DNA of 64,000 nucleotides, taken from assembly GCA_951406725.2 (NCBI GenBank), contig OX597823.1:16430001-16494000 (forward strand), in the 5' to 3' direction. The notes under the pieces are model-generated. The model made no database searches, was not told where the DNA came from, and saw only the letters and a program-made list of their open reading frames with translations. The position numbers were made by a program, and so were the translations under genes. The stretch is from Octopus vulgaris (taxonomy: Eukaryota). Shown piece by piece: positions 23,486 to 36,599 of this stretch. Each line of letters begins with the position of its first letter. Position 1 is the first letter of the stretch.

Positions 23486-24809
23486 TATATATTCATCTGA
23501 AAAACAGACACGAAAACGAATGAAAACAGATTTGTTGAAGAAAATTTGGACCCCCTTTGTTGAACAAGTTGTGTGATTCACTTATTTGCTTGCAAAATTT
23601 TATGTTCTTCAAAGGACTGAAGAATTGAACATAGGCTGTCATGATTGTCAGCTTTTCACAATTAAAAAAAAAAAAGAAGAAAACAAAACAAAAACTACAT
23701 GACCTGTATGTAATGGAATGACCTTTTTTTTTTCATAATATACAAATTACATCATAACTTGAATTATTACATCTTGACGTAATGATTACAGATGACGGTA
23801 ATAATAATAATAATAATGATGATGATGATGATGATGATGAGGAAACAATATTCTGGAAATTGGCCACTTAGAATAAAGTGTTAAACATTACCGGTTTACT
23901 CACAACTTAACAAACAATTTACAATTTAGGTACTTAAATACAATGATATTTGTCACCAGCTCTTTCTGCTTACATAAGCGTATATCTTAGCATTAAACTG
24001 TTACGATGTTAAAGAGAAAGACTGGAATCTTGTATCATCCTTTAATTGCTACTTAGAACCAGTTTTTCATGTTTTCTGTACACAAAAGTTCAATTTATTT
24101 TTAAAATTGTACCATTGGGTGGAGTAGTCACCTGGTAAGCAGACAGTTGTTTACTTTGTATCTTTGTAACTTTGACTAATGGCTCCAAAGTGGAATAAAA
24201 AGAAGAAAATTAAAATAAAAATTGTTGTTGTTATTCCAGTTATGTTTATCCTTATGCACGTGTGTGTGTGCATGCGTGCGTGCGTGTGTGAGAGAGAGTG
24301 TGAGCATGCTTGTGTCTTCTTGATTTGATATTGAATGATAGTTGTAAATGTCTGTCTCTGCCATACAAGCAGCATCATTCTTTTCCAGTATTCATTAAAA
24401 AACTTATCTAGGCAAGGGAAAATATTACCCTGAAGTTAAACAGGTGAGTGTTGGTGACAGGAAAGGCATCCGGGAAAAGAAAACCTGTCTGAATAAATTT
24501 CATCTGACCTATGAAGCATAGAAAAGTAGGTACTATAAAGATTATGATGATTATACACACACACTCACATCATCATCATCATCATCATTTAACCGCCACT
24601 TTTCCATGGTTTAGACAAAATTTGTTCAGACAGATTTTCTATGGCCACATACCCTCCCTTTAGCAAATACCTTTGTATATATGAATATATATGTTGTGTG
24701 TGTGTATACATGTATGTATAAAATAGATATACATACATGCACACATATACATATATATACACACACACACACATATACATATATATATATATATAACACA
24801 CACACACAC

Positions 24810-24840
<31 letters not shown>

Positions 24841-24914
24841 TATATATGTATAATATATGCATATATGTCAAGAAGATGTATTAAAAGTCAAGTAGGTGTA
24901 TTTAACAATTAACC

Positions 24915-25061
24915 TTTTTCACCTGAAGAAGTAGCCCAAATTCTGCATTATCTTCGATGAACTTCACATTAATGCAGACACGTAAGTAACTCATTTATTA
25001 TTAACTACGATAATATGAGCTGTTCGCATGTATTGAGACTACTGAAACAAATTCATTGTGA
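24915..25061 (+). ncRNA. CpG-decayed type I hammerhead ribozyme motif with multibranched stem II
   Basis: TCAC-CTGAAGA(24923-24929)-AGTAG...CTACT-GAAA(25044-25047)-CAAATTCATT-GTGA. Stem III restores to the palindrome ACGAATTCGT with two CA>CG reversions. Confidence 0.6.
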
Positions 25062-25227
25062 TATTTTGATGTTTATTGTTGAATAAAGTTCATCATAATA
25101 TTTCTCTGTCATGTATATTACCTTATACTCTATATGATTTGTACAGTGACAAACCAAGAAGCTTTTTCATGAGTGCTACCGAATTTCATGAATCCATATA
25201 TCATGACATATAGATATGCATATATAT

Positions 25228-25720
25228 ATAATAATAATGAAATTATTGTATACAGTGCTCAGGTGCACCACAACTTGTCAGAAAGTGCGTATAAAGTATA
25301 TGCAGTAATGTACAAATGTCTGGAAAGTGAACAATGTATGAGTCAGATACATGCTTGTGTGTGTATGGAGGGGAGAAAATCAGGTGTAGTGTTGGCAAAT
25401 CTCAGAAAGCATGGAAGTTTTGAAGGATGCAGTGCCCCGACAACTAACAACTGATGCCGGCAGTTTGTTCCATGCTTCAGCAACTCTCAGCGTGAAAAAA
25501 TGTTTCCTAAAGTCATGGGAGCTGTGCTGTTTTCTGACTTTGTAAACATGCCCACGGATGTTAGACGGGTGGAGTTTGAAAAGGTGCTCAGAGTTATTGT
25601 TTGTAAGATGGTTAACAATTTTATGGGTGTCTGCCAAGTCAGCTGCCAGACGTCGGAGTTTCAATGTGTCCATGCCCAGGGAAGTAAGGCGTTCAGAATA
25701 TAGCAAATGCCTGATGGAGA
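25228..25720 (-). mobile_element. CR1/L2-group LINE 3' fragment
   Basis: ORF 25380-25706 YSERLTSLGMDTLKLRRL..WNKLP and an (ATT)n tail. Confidence 0.9.
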
Positions 25721-27200
25721 AGTAACAAGGATGTCAAGGTATTAGTGCATTAAGGCCATTTCAGGTGGCTTCATTTAATCAAACGATGTAAGCATTACAT
25801 CAATTTGAAATACACTGCCTTATGCATCCAAGCCACCTAAAATGGCTGGTCTTCCATAAACAACCTTGTCTGGACTTGTGCCTGAGAGGGTAACTTTCTA
25901 GGTGCAATCCCACGGTCAGTCATGACTGAAGGAGGTCTCAATATATCCTCATCAGCATTTAATGTTTTCTTTCCAGCATTAAACAATTTGGAGGAACATG
26001 TTGTGTTCCAGTGTCAGCTTTGGCATAGTTTCTACAATTGGATGCTGTTCCTAACATCCAGCGCTTTACAGAGTGTACCAGCACTAGTGAGGCCACCTTG
26101 CAATTTGCAACACTAAAGCGTCTAAAGGAGTCCCTATAATTGAAAAGCATATGGAAGAGAGTGATGATTCTAGGTGAGGTGATGAAAGAGGGTAAAGTAT
26201 GAAAAGAGGAACAGATGGTGAGGGGTTGATTGTGGAGAGAGTTATAAAGTATACACTTTTAGGAGACGCATGGAAAGGACAGGGGTAAGAGAGAAGATTT
26301 AAGTCAGAGGTTAATGAAAAAAGAGGTGGGGGACAATAGTAAGGGTGATTAGATAAGGGTTGTGCTGAGAGAGTTAGGCTTTCTCAAAATAAGGGTGAGC
26401 ATGAGTAGAAGGTATGAGGGAAAAGGAACATAAAAGAGCAAAAAAAGATGAGGGAGCTGAGGATCCTGAGAGAGTCATGGACGGAAAAAGTAGTGTGAGA
26501 TTCATGGAGTGGGCCAGAGAGGAAGGGATGAGAGGGTGTTGAGGGGCCAAAGAAGCTGTGAGTAGAAAACAGTGAAAGAAAAATAGGCAGAAGAGAGAGA
26601 AAGTGATGAAAGACAGTGAGCAAGTATCATGAGTGGTGAGATGAAATGTGAATGGTAGGATCATAACTAGAGCGGGAAGATGGACGAAGGAAGGAAGGGG
26701 GTCACAGATAGAATGGTGATGAGGATGGGCCAATGCAGTCTCTCATTCCTAATAAAGGATAAGAGAGAGAGAGAGAGAGAGTGTGTGTGATGGAGGAGTA
26801 TGAGTGATGGAGAGATGAGATGATTGAAGTGGATGGAGAGATGGGCGGAATAGGGAAGGTGATCAATATGTAGATAAATAGTGGGCTCAGGGGTGCAATG
26901 GGTAAGGGCAATCATAGGCTTGGCAGGATATAAATGTACAGACACACACACATGCAAATACATGTATACAAACCACAAACACACACACACACACATATAT
27001 ACATGTGTGTGTGTGTGCATACATGCACAAAAATGCATGTAGAGATCCCACCCACTATCACTTCCATCACTTAAAGCATGTTTCAGTATCAACGGTTGAA
27101 TCTTCTACAGCTCTACATGTTGCCAATCAATATAGTCTGTTGTCATTTCCTCCATGAAATCCAACCCTTTCAGGTCAGCTTTCACTACTTCATCCTAAAT

Positions 27201-27475
27201 ATGGTGTCATCTCTTGTGAAAGGTAAGAGAGTCCAGTTTGCTGGACAATGTTGTAGAGCTGAAAAAGAAGTAATTTCTACTCTTCTCCTCTGGAAGCCAT
27301 CTGCTCGCGATACCAGAGGGCGCACACTCTCCTACCCTGATGTAATCTCCAGGGATACAGGCATCCAGCAACAGGACCTCCGTAATGCCATGATGGACCG
27401 TGAAGTCTGGCGTAGCATGGTAAATTCCATTGTCTCGACCACGGTCGAACAATGATCCTGTTACAATGATGATGA
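27201..27475 (+). mobile_element. 5'-truncated RTE LINE
   Basis: Matches 36290-36550. TSD TCATCCTAAAT and a (GAT)n tail. Confidence 0.9.
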
Positions 27476-27697
27476 TCATCCTAAATTTTCGTCAGTTTCC
27501 CTTTTCCATAGGTTTCACTGATTTGGAGCATGATTTATGCAATAATCATCTTCCATAGGGTAATTATTGCATACCCATACCAATAGAACCGCTCCTCTTA
27601 CACACTACATCTTATTCCCCTTAGGCCTAGTTTTTCTCTCAGCTCATTTCTGCTCTTGCATTCATGAGCAATGAGGTTACACATCTAGCAAAGCATA

Positions 27698-27899
27698 CTC
27701 TCTTTACTCTTTTACTTGTTTCAGTCATTTGATTGTGGCTATGCTGGAGCACTGCCTTTAGTCGAGCAAATCGACCCCAGGACTTATTCTTTGTAAGCCT
27801 AGTACTTATTCTATCGGTCTTCTTTGCTGAACCGCTAAGTTATGGGAACGTAAACAGACCGCATCAAGTGATGCTGGTGGGACAAACACAGACACACAA

Positions 27900-27950
<51 letters not shown>

Positions 27951-28116
27951 TACGATGAGCTTCTTTCAGTTTCCGTCTACCAAATCCAGTCACTAGGCTT
28001 TGGTTGGCCCGAGGCTATAGTAGAAGACACTTGCCCAAGGTACCACGCAGTCGGACTGAACCCAGAACCATGTGGTTGGTAAGCAAGGTACTTACCACAC
28101 CGCCACTCCTACACCT
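27698..28116 (-). mobile_element. SINE family A (within an older RTE-like relic at about 27480-28530)
   Basis: Full copy. Confidence 0.85.
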
Positions 28117-28587
28117 ATTTACTTCACTTCTTTCTAGCCTTTACAAATCTCCTGCATTCAAAGCCCACATCACACTACCATGCAACATCATAGTTCAAGC
28201 ACAAGCATCAAACAAACTACCCTTCACTCTGAAGTAGGCCTTAGTTGTCAGTAGAGGTAATAGTGCCCATGAGCTTTTTCCAGCCTGTTGTTACTCTAGC
28301 TACTGTACTTTCAGAATAAAAACTTCCACTATTAATTATGTTAGCTTGGTAACAAAAACTATCGACTTCTCCTAGTAAACCAGAAGGATATTTAAAAGGA
28401 TCTATTTGGTGCTCTCTTATTGTTCCAGTGTGTCTGCCACATGCAAGGCCTGGTTTCTTTTGTTGGCTAGTCTATGATTCCACTACATCTCTTATATGTC
28501 CAATAGCTTACACTGAGTATGCTATTCAAAGCAACTTTCTTGACATAACTGGCTGAAAAAAAAGGGCTCTTTGAACAAGGTCTCTTA

Positions 28588-28771
28588 CCCTTTTGACACC
28601 AACCCACCTGAAACCGCCTTTGGCCCTGTAGTACAAATGTCTTGTTTTCAAAAGTTCCGAATTAAAATCTTCCACCAAACCTTAGTCACAATTAATGTTA
28701 ATTCTTTGTTATATTTAGAATTAATTGAAAGAAACACAGAGAACCTCAACAGAAATATGGTAACAAAAGGG
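28588..28771. mobile_element. piggyBac-like MITE
   Basis: CCCTTTTG...CAAAAGGG termini. Inverted homologue of 53539-53759. Confidence 0.7.
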
Positions 28772-29269
28772 TTGTCACAGATATATTTTGTCACTCTTAC
28801 TATTGTAAAAGGAGTGAATCTGATTGGTCTATACCTTCGATCATAGATGCTGATCAGAGGCAAAACAACAACGAAAGCATATAAATTAAGGTCTGAAGGA
28901 TTGCAATTTCAACTGAGTAGGGTCCCATCAGATTTGCTATAATTAGAACCGTATTTATATTCTCTTACTCAACCACATTATAGGTAAAGAGATCTAATTT
29001 AGATCTAATTTTATTCTAGGCATTAACTAGGTTCTCTAGCGGACGCTCAATACTAAAATGTTCTCAGAGTTATCTCCCCTATATATTATCACTATTAATA
29101 GTGCAGGTCTGCATTTTTTAATGAAATAAATGAGGACTGTCTACTTACAGGTGATTCTGGACCATTTTTGATGCTGATTTTAAATATGTTTCTAGTTTTT
29201 GCTCATCACATATCTATTTTGCACAAATTGCTGCCAAAGATATGATGATTCTTCACGTCATTCATTCCC

Positions 29270-29660
29270 TAACCATCTTACAAACAATAACTCTGAGCAC
29301 CTTTTCAAACTCCACCCATCTAACACCCGTGGACATATTTACAAAGTCAGAAAACAGCACAGCTCCCATGACTTTCGGAAACATTTTTTCACGCTGAGAG
29401 TTGCTGAAGCATGGAACAAACTGCCGGCATCAGTTGTTAGTTGTCGGAGCACTGCATCCTTCAAAACTTCCATGTTTCCTGAGATTCGCAAACACTACAC
29501 CTGATTTTCTCCCCTCCATACACACACAGGCATGTATCTGACTCATGCATTGTTCGCTTTCCAGACATTTGTACATTACTGCATATGCTTTATACGCACT
29601 TTTTGACAAATTGTGGTGCACCTGAGCACTGTATACAATAATTTCAGTATTATTATTATA
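29270..29660 (+). mobile_element. CR1/L2-group LINE 3' fragment
   Basis: NHLTNNNSEHLFKLHPSNTRGH..WNKLP and an (ATT)n tail. Confidence 0.9.
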
Positions 29661-31129
29661 AAGGCAGGATGGAATTAAGAACAAATGATTAGAACAATAA
29701 TAAAAAAGATATGAATAATGTAGGTAAGCCTACGTACGGATTAAATATATATTTTTAATGCACTTAATTCTACTCCTTTTCAAACTTCCTTTTCTTTGAT
29801 TTCCTTCCAGCTTTTGATAGTCGTGAGGTATTCTAGCCAATGTTCCAACAACTCTGCCGTTTCATCACCTATGAATGTGTATTATCAAAGTGGGTGTAGT
29901 TATGCAAAAGAACTGAAAAATAAACAAAGCTTTGTCAATATCATCAAAGGGTGACTAATGTTAGTCACGCATTATATGAATAGTACGGCTTATTACGTGT
30001 GTATGAAACATACTTGCATTTGTTGTGTTGATTGTTTTGTATTAATACAAACAACTTAATAAGACAGTAAAGTTTATTTGCCAATACAACGTGACAATCC
30101 CAAACAGGATGATGTTACTACCTTTTAACCCCAGGAAAACGTCTTCTCCAACTGGTTATCAATACATGATCTGTGTCCATATACTGTGAGCATGGGAGTC
30201 TACCACTCCCTTTTTAGCCATAGTGATAGCTGTTGACCATTGGTTTCTGAGTAATTTCCCTTCCACAGAACAGAACAACTGCCAGCTAGTGATAAAATCT
30301 TTATTATGATCATGAGATCGAACATAGAAAAGGACATAACAAGACAAACAATTACAAAAATGTTATATGAGTTCGAATGAAACTTTAAAAAATTTAATTA
30401 TAATGAGAAATAAACGAATAATTGGCTTACTTTTGCCTTTAAAACGAGAACTTTTGTGGGTTTTTTAAAAATAAAACTAGAGATCAGAATTGCAGGTTCA
30501 AAAATTGAACCCAGCAACCTATAATGTCCAGCAACCAGTTTTTCCTTTCTTCGATGATTAAGCTGGGTTACTGACACCCACCTTTCTCATCACATCCTTC
30601 CATCGCTTTTCATATTCACTCAGTGGCAGGATCTTCGTCTCCAACCCCATCTTGCTCTTCGGATGATATCTGAAGTAAGACAACAAACCAGGACCAGAGA
30701 CGAAGGACCCTGTCACTAAACCTTCCATTCTGGTCCTCAAACTGCCAGCTAGAGACAGCAGCCACTCATTCTTGCCCACACTATATACTTTTAAGGCAAC
30801 ACTCAGTTGCTGATATCATAAAGAGAAAAACAGCTAGTTTTAAATCTCTGAGCAAGAAATATGTAGTAACAGCACCATACAGTAAAGTCTATTTACCAAC
30901 GCAACATAGCAGTCCTACCCAGGACGCTGTTACTACTTTTAGCTCCTGGAAAACATCTTTTCCAACTGGCTACTGACACATGATCTATGTCCATGTCATC
31001 AATAGCTAGTTTATAAGAATTTAATGATTATTCAGAAGTACAGCTAAGTAAGTGGGCTCTCAATCAAACACAAAACCATTTTAAGGATTTTATTTCATAA
31101 GGTATGTGTTGCTGTTTTAGTGAAAAGGC

Positions 31130-31560
31130 AGGAAAGTATCTAATGCCTTTAGTTAGTCAAAGAAGGAGCAATGGAACAACTGTTGTAGTCTCTTCTCCTC
31201 GAGATTGATGTTGTTGATTCTTGGTAAGAACTTCTGGAGATCTAAATCTTTGGTAAAAACATGGTTTACAGAGGATTCCAAAAGATTACATTTCTAAAAA
31301 AGAAAGACCAGGGAAAAAATATTTAGTCTGGGATTCAGAAGATGAAATTACAGTAAGGAAGCTGAGAGAGAAACAAATGCCAGAAGAGCTTGTAGGAGAG
31401 ACAGTAAGTAGCTTATGAAGCCATTGAAGTAGTGGTAGGAGGGACAGAAAGAAGGAATGACCTCTGGTAGTCAGTAGTTATGGCGTGTTGGTAGGTGAAT
31501 CATTTTCAATCAATTAGGTGATCTTTAGGATGTGATCCAGGGTAATTATTTATCACATCT
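31130..31560 (-). mobile_element. Old L2/Crack-like LINE 3' end
   Basis: Degenerate LWN.L...VF...DLQKF..RIN-like motif. Confidence 0.45.
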
Positions 31561-32242
31561 TCCAGTGTCCCCTTCTTTGAAGCAAGACACCTGTTTCTGC
31601 CTCTCTGTCTTTCTGTCACACTCTAACCTTTCATCATCTGATACAAGATCTCCTCCTCCAATGCCCGCTCTCCTCTCAACATTCCTTGTCTTGCAAATAA
31701 CTTGGTGACCCTACCAGTGCTGGTGCCACATGAAAATGCGTCCAGTCCACACTGTAAGGTGGTTGGCATTTGGAAGGGCATCCAGCTGTAAAAACTATGC
31801 CAAAACTGATATTACCTGTGCTGGTGCCACGTAAAAAGCATTCACTTCACTCTGTTGATGTTAGGAAGGGTATCCAGCCATAAAAAACCCTGCCAAAACA
31901 GACACAGTAGCCTGAAGTAGTCTTCTACTTGGCTGGCTCCTGTCAACCATCCTACCCATGCATACATTGAAGATGGACATTAAACAATGATGATGGTGGT
32001 AGTGTACATATATATATATATTTCTTTACTGCCCACAAGGGGCTAAACATAGAGGAGACAAACAAGGACAGACAAAGGGATTAAGTTGATTACATCGACC
32101 CCAGTGTGAAACTGGTACTTTATTTATCGACCCCGAAAGGATGAAAGGCAAAGTCGACCTCAGCAGAATTTGAACTCAGAACGTACCGACAGACGAAATA
32201 CCGCTAAGCATTGCACCCGGCACGCTAACGTTTCTGCCAGCT
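31560..32242. mobile_element. SINE family D (+, about 31560-32000) and SINE family B (-, 32021-32242)
   Basis: GGAAGGGCATCCAGC motif twice and an ACATTAAACAATGATGATG tail, followed by the family B core. Confidence 0.75.
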
Positions 32243-32533
32243 TTCTATATTTCGACTCAAAATTACTAAACACAATTAGAACCAGTAGTGTAAATTTTCT
32301 AAAAAAATATTTCATAACGAATTGTCATAACATAGAATTTCTGTCTCTAATTGTCACGAAATAGGATTCATGTGTTTATTTTTTTATTCTTTCGTTATTT
32401 ATTGACGTCATCAAAAGTTAAATATAAAACTAGCTTTTCTTAGAATATTATACTTTTTCTTAAAATTCTTGTTTCTTGTTTCACTTCGAATTTAGTCTAT
32501 TTTGGTTTGCTTTGATAATGTTCTGTTTGCATA

Positions 32534-32667
32534 TAGGACGCAGGAGTGGCTGTGTGATAAGAGGCTTGCCTCCCAACCACATGGTTCCAGGTTCAGTCCC
32601 ACTGCGTGGCACCTTGGGCAGGTGTCTTCTACTATAGCCTTGGGCTCTAGTAGAAGACACTTGTGTG

Positions 32668-32699
<32 letters not shown>

Positions 32700-32945
32700 T
32701 GTATGTATGTATGTATGTATGTATGTATGTATGTATGTATGTATGTATGTATGTATGTATGTATGTATGTATGTATGTATGTATGTGTGTGTGTGTATGT
32801 GTGTGTATGTGTGTGTGTGTATGTATGTATGTATGTTTTTGTTATTTGTGTCTGTGTTTGTGTTTGCCCCCCCCCCCACCAACGGTGTTGGTGTGTTTAC
32901 ATCCCCGTAACTTAGCAGTTTGGCAAAAGAGACAAATAGAATATG
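32534..32945 (+). mobile_element. SINE family A with fold-back inversion and (TATG)n expansion
   Basis: Head intact. The middle is replaced by an inverted copy and a microsatellite. Confidence 0.85.
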
Positions 32946-33240
32946 ACTGGATGTTTGATTTTTATCACTCTCTGTACATGTTTTGAGGACACAGCAAGTC
33001 CTCAGATTGATGCCCAACCACTCTGAAATGTTCACATTAGTGCTTCCAGTGGGAATGCCAAGCAGTACAGCATGTCGTTTCCAAATTTCTGATAGAATGA
33101 ATTGTGTCATGGTACAGCTTTTCTCACAGATGATGCCCAACTGACCCTACTATACTGTGTAGTCAACAAAATCAAAAACAAACAATACACATGCGCAAAA
33201 TTAAAAATATAAAATGGCAACAATTTACCCATTGCACCCT

Positions 33241-33274
<34 letters not shown>

Positions 33275-33409
33275 GCACCATTCCAGATATTTAATCAGTA
33301 CTCTGTTATGAGCATTGATCTGATGTTTCTGGCCCAATGAGGTTATATAAAATATAACAAAATACATGCGAAGGTTTTCTAGCCATGAGCATCCCATCAT
33401 TTTAGAAGA

Positions 33410-34146
33410 ACCATGCATTTTGGGAGAAAAAACCCTGCGTCCACATACTCCCTCCACAACACTGATATCAAGAAATCCTCTTGCGAGCGTGACCTAGGCA
33501 TCACTGTCAGCAGTGATTTGCGTTGGACAAAGCATATCTCTAAAATTGTCAAGAAGGCCGAGGGTGTCTTGGCATCACTCAGCAAGACTTTTGTTAGCCG
33601 CTCTCCAGCCATCTATTTAAAACTGTATACAGCTATGGTACGACCACACTTGGAATTCGCATCATCAGTTTGGAACCCCTATCTTGCTCAGAACATTGAC
33701 CTCCTGGAATCTGTTCAGAGACGTGCAACCAAACGCATACCCTCCATCAGACACCTACCATATTCTGAGCGCCTTGTTTCCCTGGGCATGGATTCACTGA
33801 AGCTCCGGCGTCTGGCGACGGACTTGGTAAACGCCCACAAAGTTGTCAACCACCTCACCAACAACAACACTGAACATCTTTTTGATCTTCATGTGTCTAA
33901 CACGTGGACATGCCTACAAAGTCAGAAAACAGCACAGCTCCCATGACTTTCGGAAACATTTCTTCACGCTCAGAGTTGCTGAAGCGTGGAATAAACTGCC
34001 TGCGTCAGTTGTTGACTGCCATGACACTGCATCCTTTAAGGCCCTCATGCTTTCCGAAATCCGTCGAAACTACATCTGATTATATATGCACTTTAGATGA
34101 GTTGTAGTGCACCTGAGCACTGTACACAATGTTTATTATTATTATA
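33410..34146 (+). mobile_element. CR1/L2-group LINE 3' fragment (short 3'UTR subfamily)
   Basis: ORFs 33413-33946 and 33843-34079 are nearly identical to the C-terminus of 39954-41597, with one frameshift. Confidence 0.95.
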
Positions 34147-34205
34147 AATGCTGGGACTCCAATCTCCAATGAATCCTTTAATTGTTGCCTGAGTGATTCA
34201 AGAAA

Positions 34206-36550
34206 TTCTTTTATGAAACCAAAAGGTCAACTTTGGACATTTGAGTCCCCACTTGGTGATAGGGCACAAATTGACTACCTCATCTTTCGAAAGAAATGGC
34301 GCAATAGTGTTAAGGACTCAAGATCCTACTCTTCCTTTAGTTCTGTCGGCTCTGACCACAGAATTGTATCAGCTACCGTTAAGCTTAGTCTTCGCTCATC
34401 CAAAAAAACTAAGCCTCACCCGATCAAAATGATTGACTGGGAGGAAGTCTTATCTAACCCCGATATGTCCAAACAATTTACTATTGAGGTCTATAACACA
34501 TTTCAATCTCTGTCTACTTCTGAAATAGATGCTGAGAACATTGAGGAAGTATACAGCAGCCTCATCAAATCAACAGAGGAAGTTGCACTGGCTACTCTTC
34601 CCAAAAGGAAGAGTAGGGGCCAGAGCAAACCTTCTCATTCCCCAAATGTCATCGAAGCCAGAAACCATCTAAAGTCTATATCACTAGCTTACCACCGTTC
34701 TCCATCCCAGTCACTGAAGATCCAACTCATAGCTGCCAGGAAGAATCTTGATGAGGCTTACTTGAACGCCGAGGTCGAATTTATCAATGGCAAAATTAGT
34801 AAACTATCGAAAGAGCACATCAGTAAAAAACACCATCTCACCTGGAAATCCATCAAAGACTTATCAGGCAAAAATTCTGGGTCATCAATTAGAATTAAAG
34901 GGGGATCAGCTAAGAAGCATTTAGAAAATTGGTCAACCCATTTTAAAAACCTCCTTGGGAAGAATGCCAAAATCCCTGATAACCCCACTCTTCCAAGTGT
35001 GCCTATATCAGACACGCTGGACATCAACACCTCCCCTTTTACCATATTTGAACTAACAGCAGCCACCAAGCAACTAAAAGCCTCGAAAGCATTTGGTCCC
35101 AACAACATCCCAGCTGTAATTTGGAAGGATGATAGATTTCACACACTTTTGCTCAACCTCTGCAACCACACACTTTCCACCTTTGTCGCTCCAAAGATTT
35201 GGCACCAATCTCAAATCATTCCAATACCCAAAAAGGCGATTTGTCCCTCGTCACCAACTACAGGGGCATATCTCTAATGTCAATTGCTGCAAAACTGTAC
35301 AACAAACTGATCCTAAATCGTCTTGTCCTTTTTGTTGAACCTTTGCTCCGAAAGAACCAAAATGGATTCAGACATGGGCGCTCAACGCTGAGCCAGATAC
35401 TATGCCTGCGCAGACTTATTGAAGAATCAAAAGCATTTAATCGCGATCTTGCAATGGTATTTGTAGACTTTTCTAAAGCGTTCGATTCTGTAGATAGGTA
35501 CAAGATGTTTGAAATCCTTAAGCTCTATGGGATACCAGACAAAATTATTTCTGCCATCAAGGTCCTCTACACAGATACATCTTCAACCATCTTAACCCCT
35601 GATGGAGAAACATCATCTTTCTCAATCAAAGCCGGAATACTGCAGGGAGACACACTCGCCCCATTTCTTTTCATCATTGTTGTTGATTATGTGCTACGTA
35701 TGTCACTTGATACCATCTCTGGCAAGGGCTTTGAAATAAAACCAAGAAGAAGTTCCAGACACCCAGCTGAGTACTTGACAGACACTGACTTTGCTGACGA
35801 CATCGCTCTTATCAGTGATTCTCTCTCCAATGCCCAGTCTCTTTTGCAATCTCTTGAACAAGCCTCAAATTGTGTAGGTCTTTACCTCAATGAGGCCAAA
35901 ACTGAATACATAAACAAGTACCTGTCCAACAGTGATTGCATCATCCATACTCTCAACAGTGCACCTTTAAATATGGTTTCTGATTATAAATATCTTGGGT
36001 CATACATATCATCATCTGGAAAAGACTTTCTAACTAGAAAGGGTATGGCCTGGTCAGCCTGTAATGACATGCATAAGATCTAGTCATCAAATCTAAGTAG
36101 AGACTTCAAACTTGAAATATTCAAAGCCACAGTCGAACCAATTCTACTATATGGCTCAGAAACCTGGACGTTATCAAAGAAGCTTGAGAGGTGGTTGGAT
36201 GGAACCTACACTCGCCTCTTTATGAGAGCTCAAAATCTCTCGTGGAAGCGCCATCCACCAAAATGCAAATATATGGGAAATTACCACCTGTGTTATCTCT
36301 TGTGAAAGGTAGGAGAGTCCAGTTTGCTGGACATTGTTGTAGAGCTGAAAAAGAAGTAATTTCTACTCTTCTCCTCTGGAAGCCATCTACTCGCAATACC
36401 AGAGGGCGCACACTCTCCTACCCTGATGTAATCTCCAGGGATACAGGCATCCAGCAACAGGACCTCTGTAATGCTATGATGGACCGTGAAGTCTGGCGTA
36501 ACATAGTAAATTCCATTGTCTCGACCACGGTCGAACAATGATGATGATGA
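34206..36550 (+). mobile_element. 5'-truncated RTE-clade LINE (end of APE endonuclease plus RT), pseudogenised
   Basis: QIDY..SDHRIV, NYRGISL, VDFSKAFDSV, QGDTLAPFLF, FADDIAL, YKYLGS. Frameshifts at about 35232 and 36255, stop at 36081. (GAT)n tail and TSD TGATTCAAGAAA (34194-34205, 36551-36562). Confidence 0.95.
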
Positions 36551-36599
36551 TGATTCAAGAAAGATTTCACTACAAAATCTAGCAGATAACTTGAGCTTG

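Noticed and set aside
26150-26920. Purine-rich block with several minus-strand ORFs
   Set aside because: Low-complexity sequence or an unassignable decayed element with no reliable motif.
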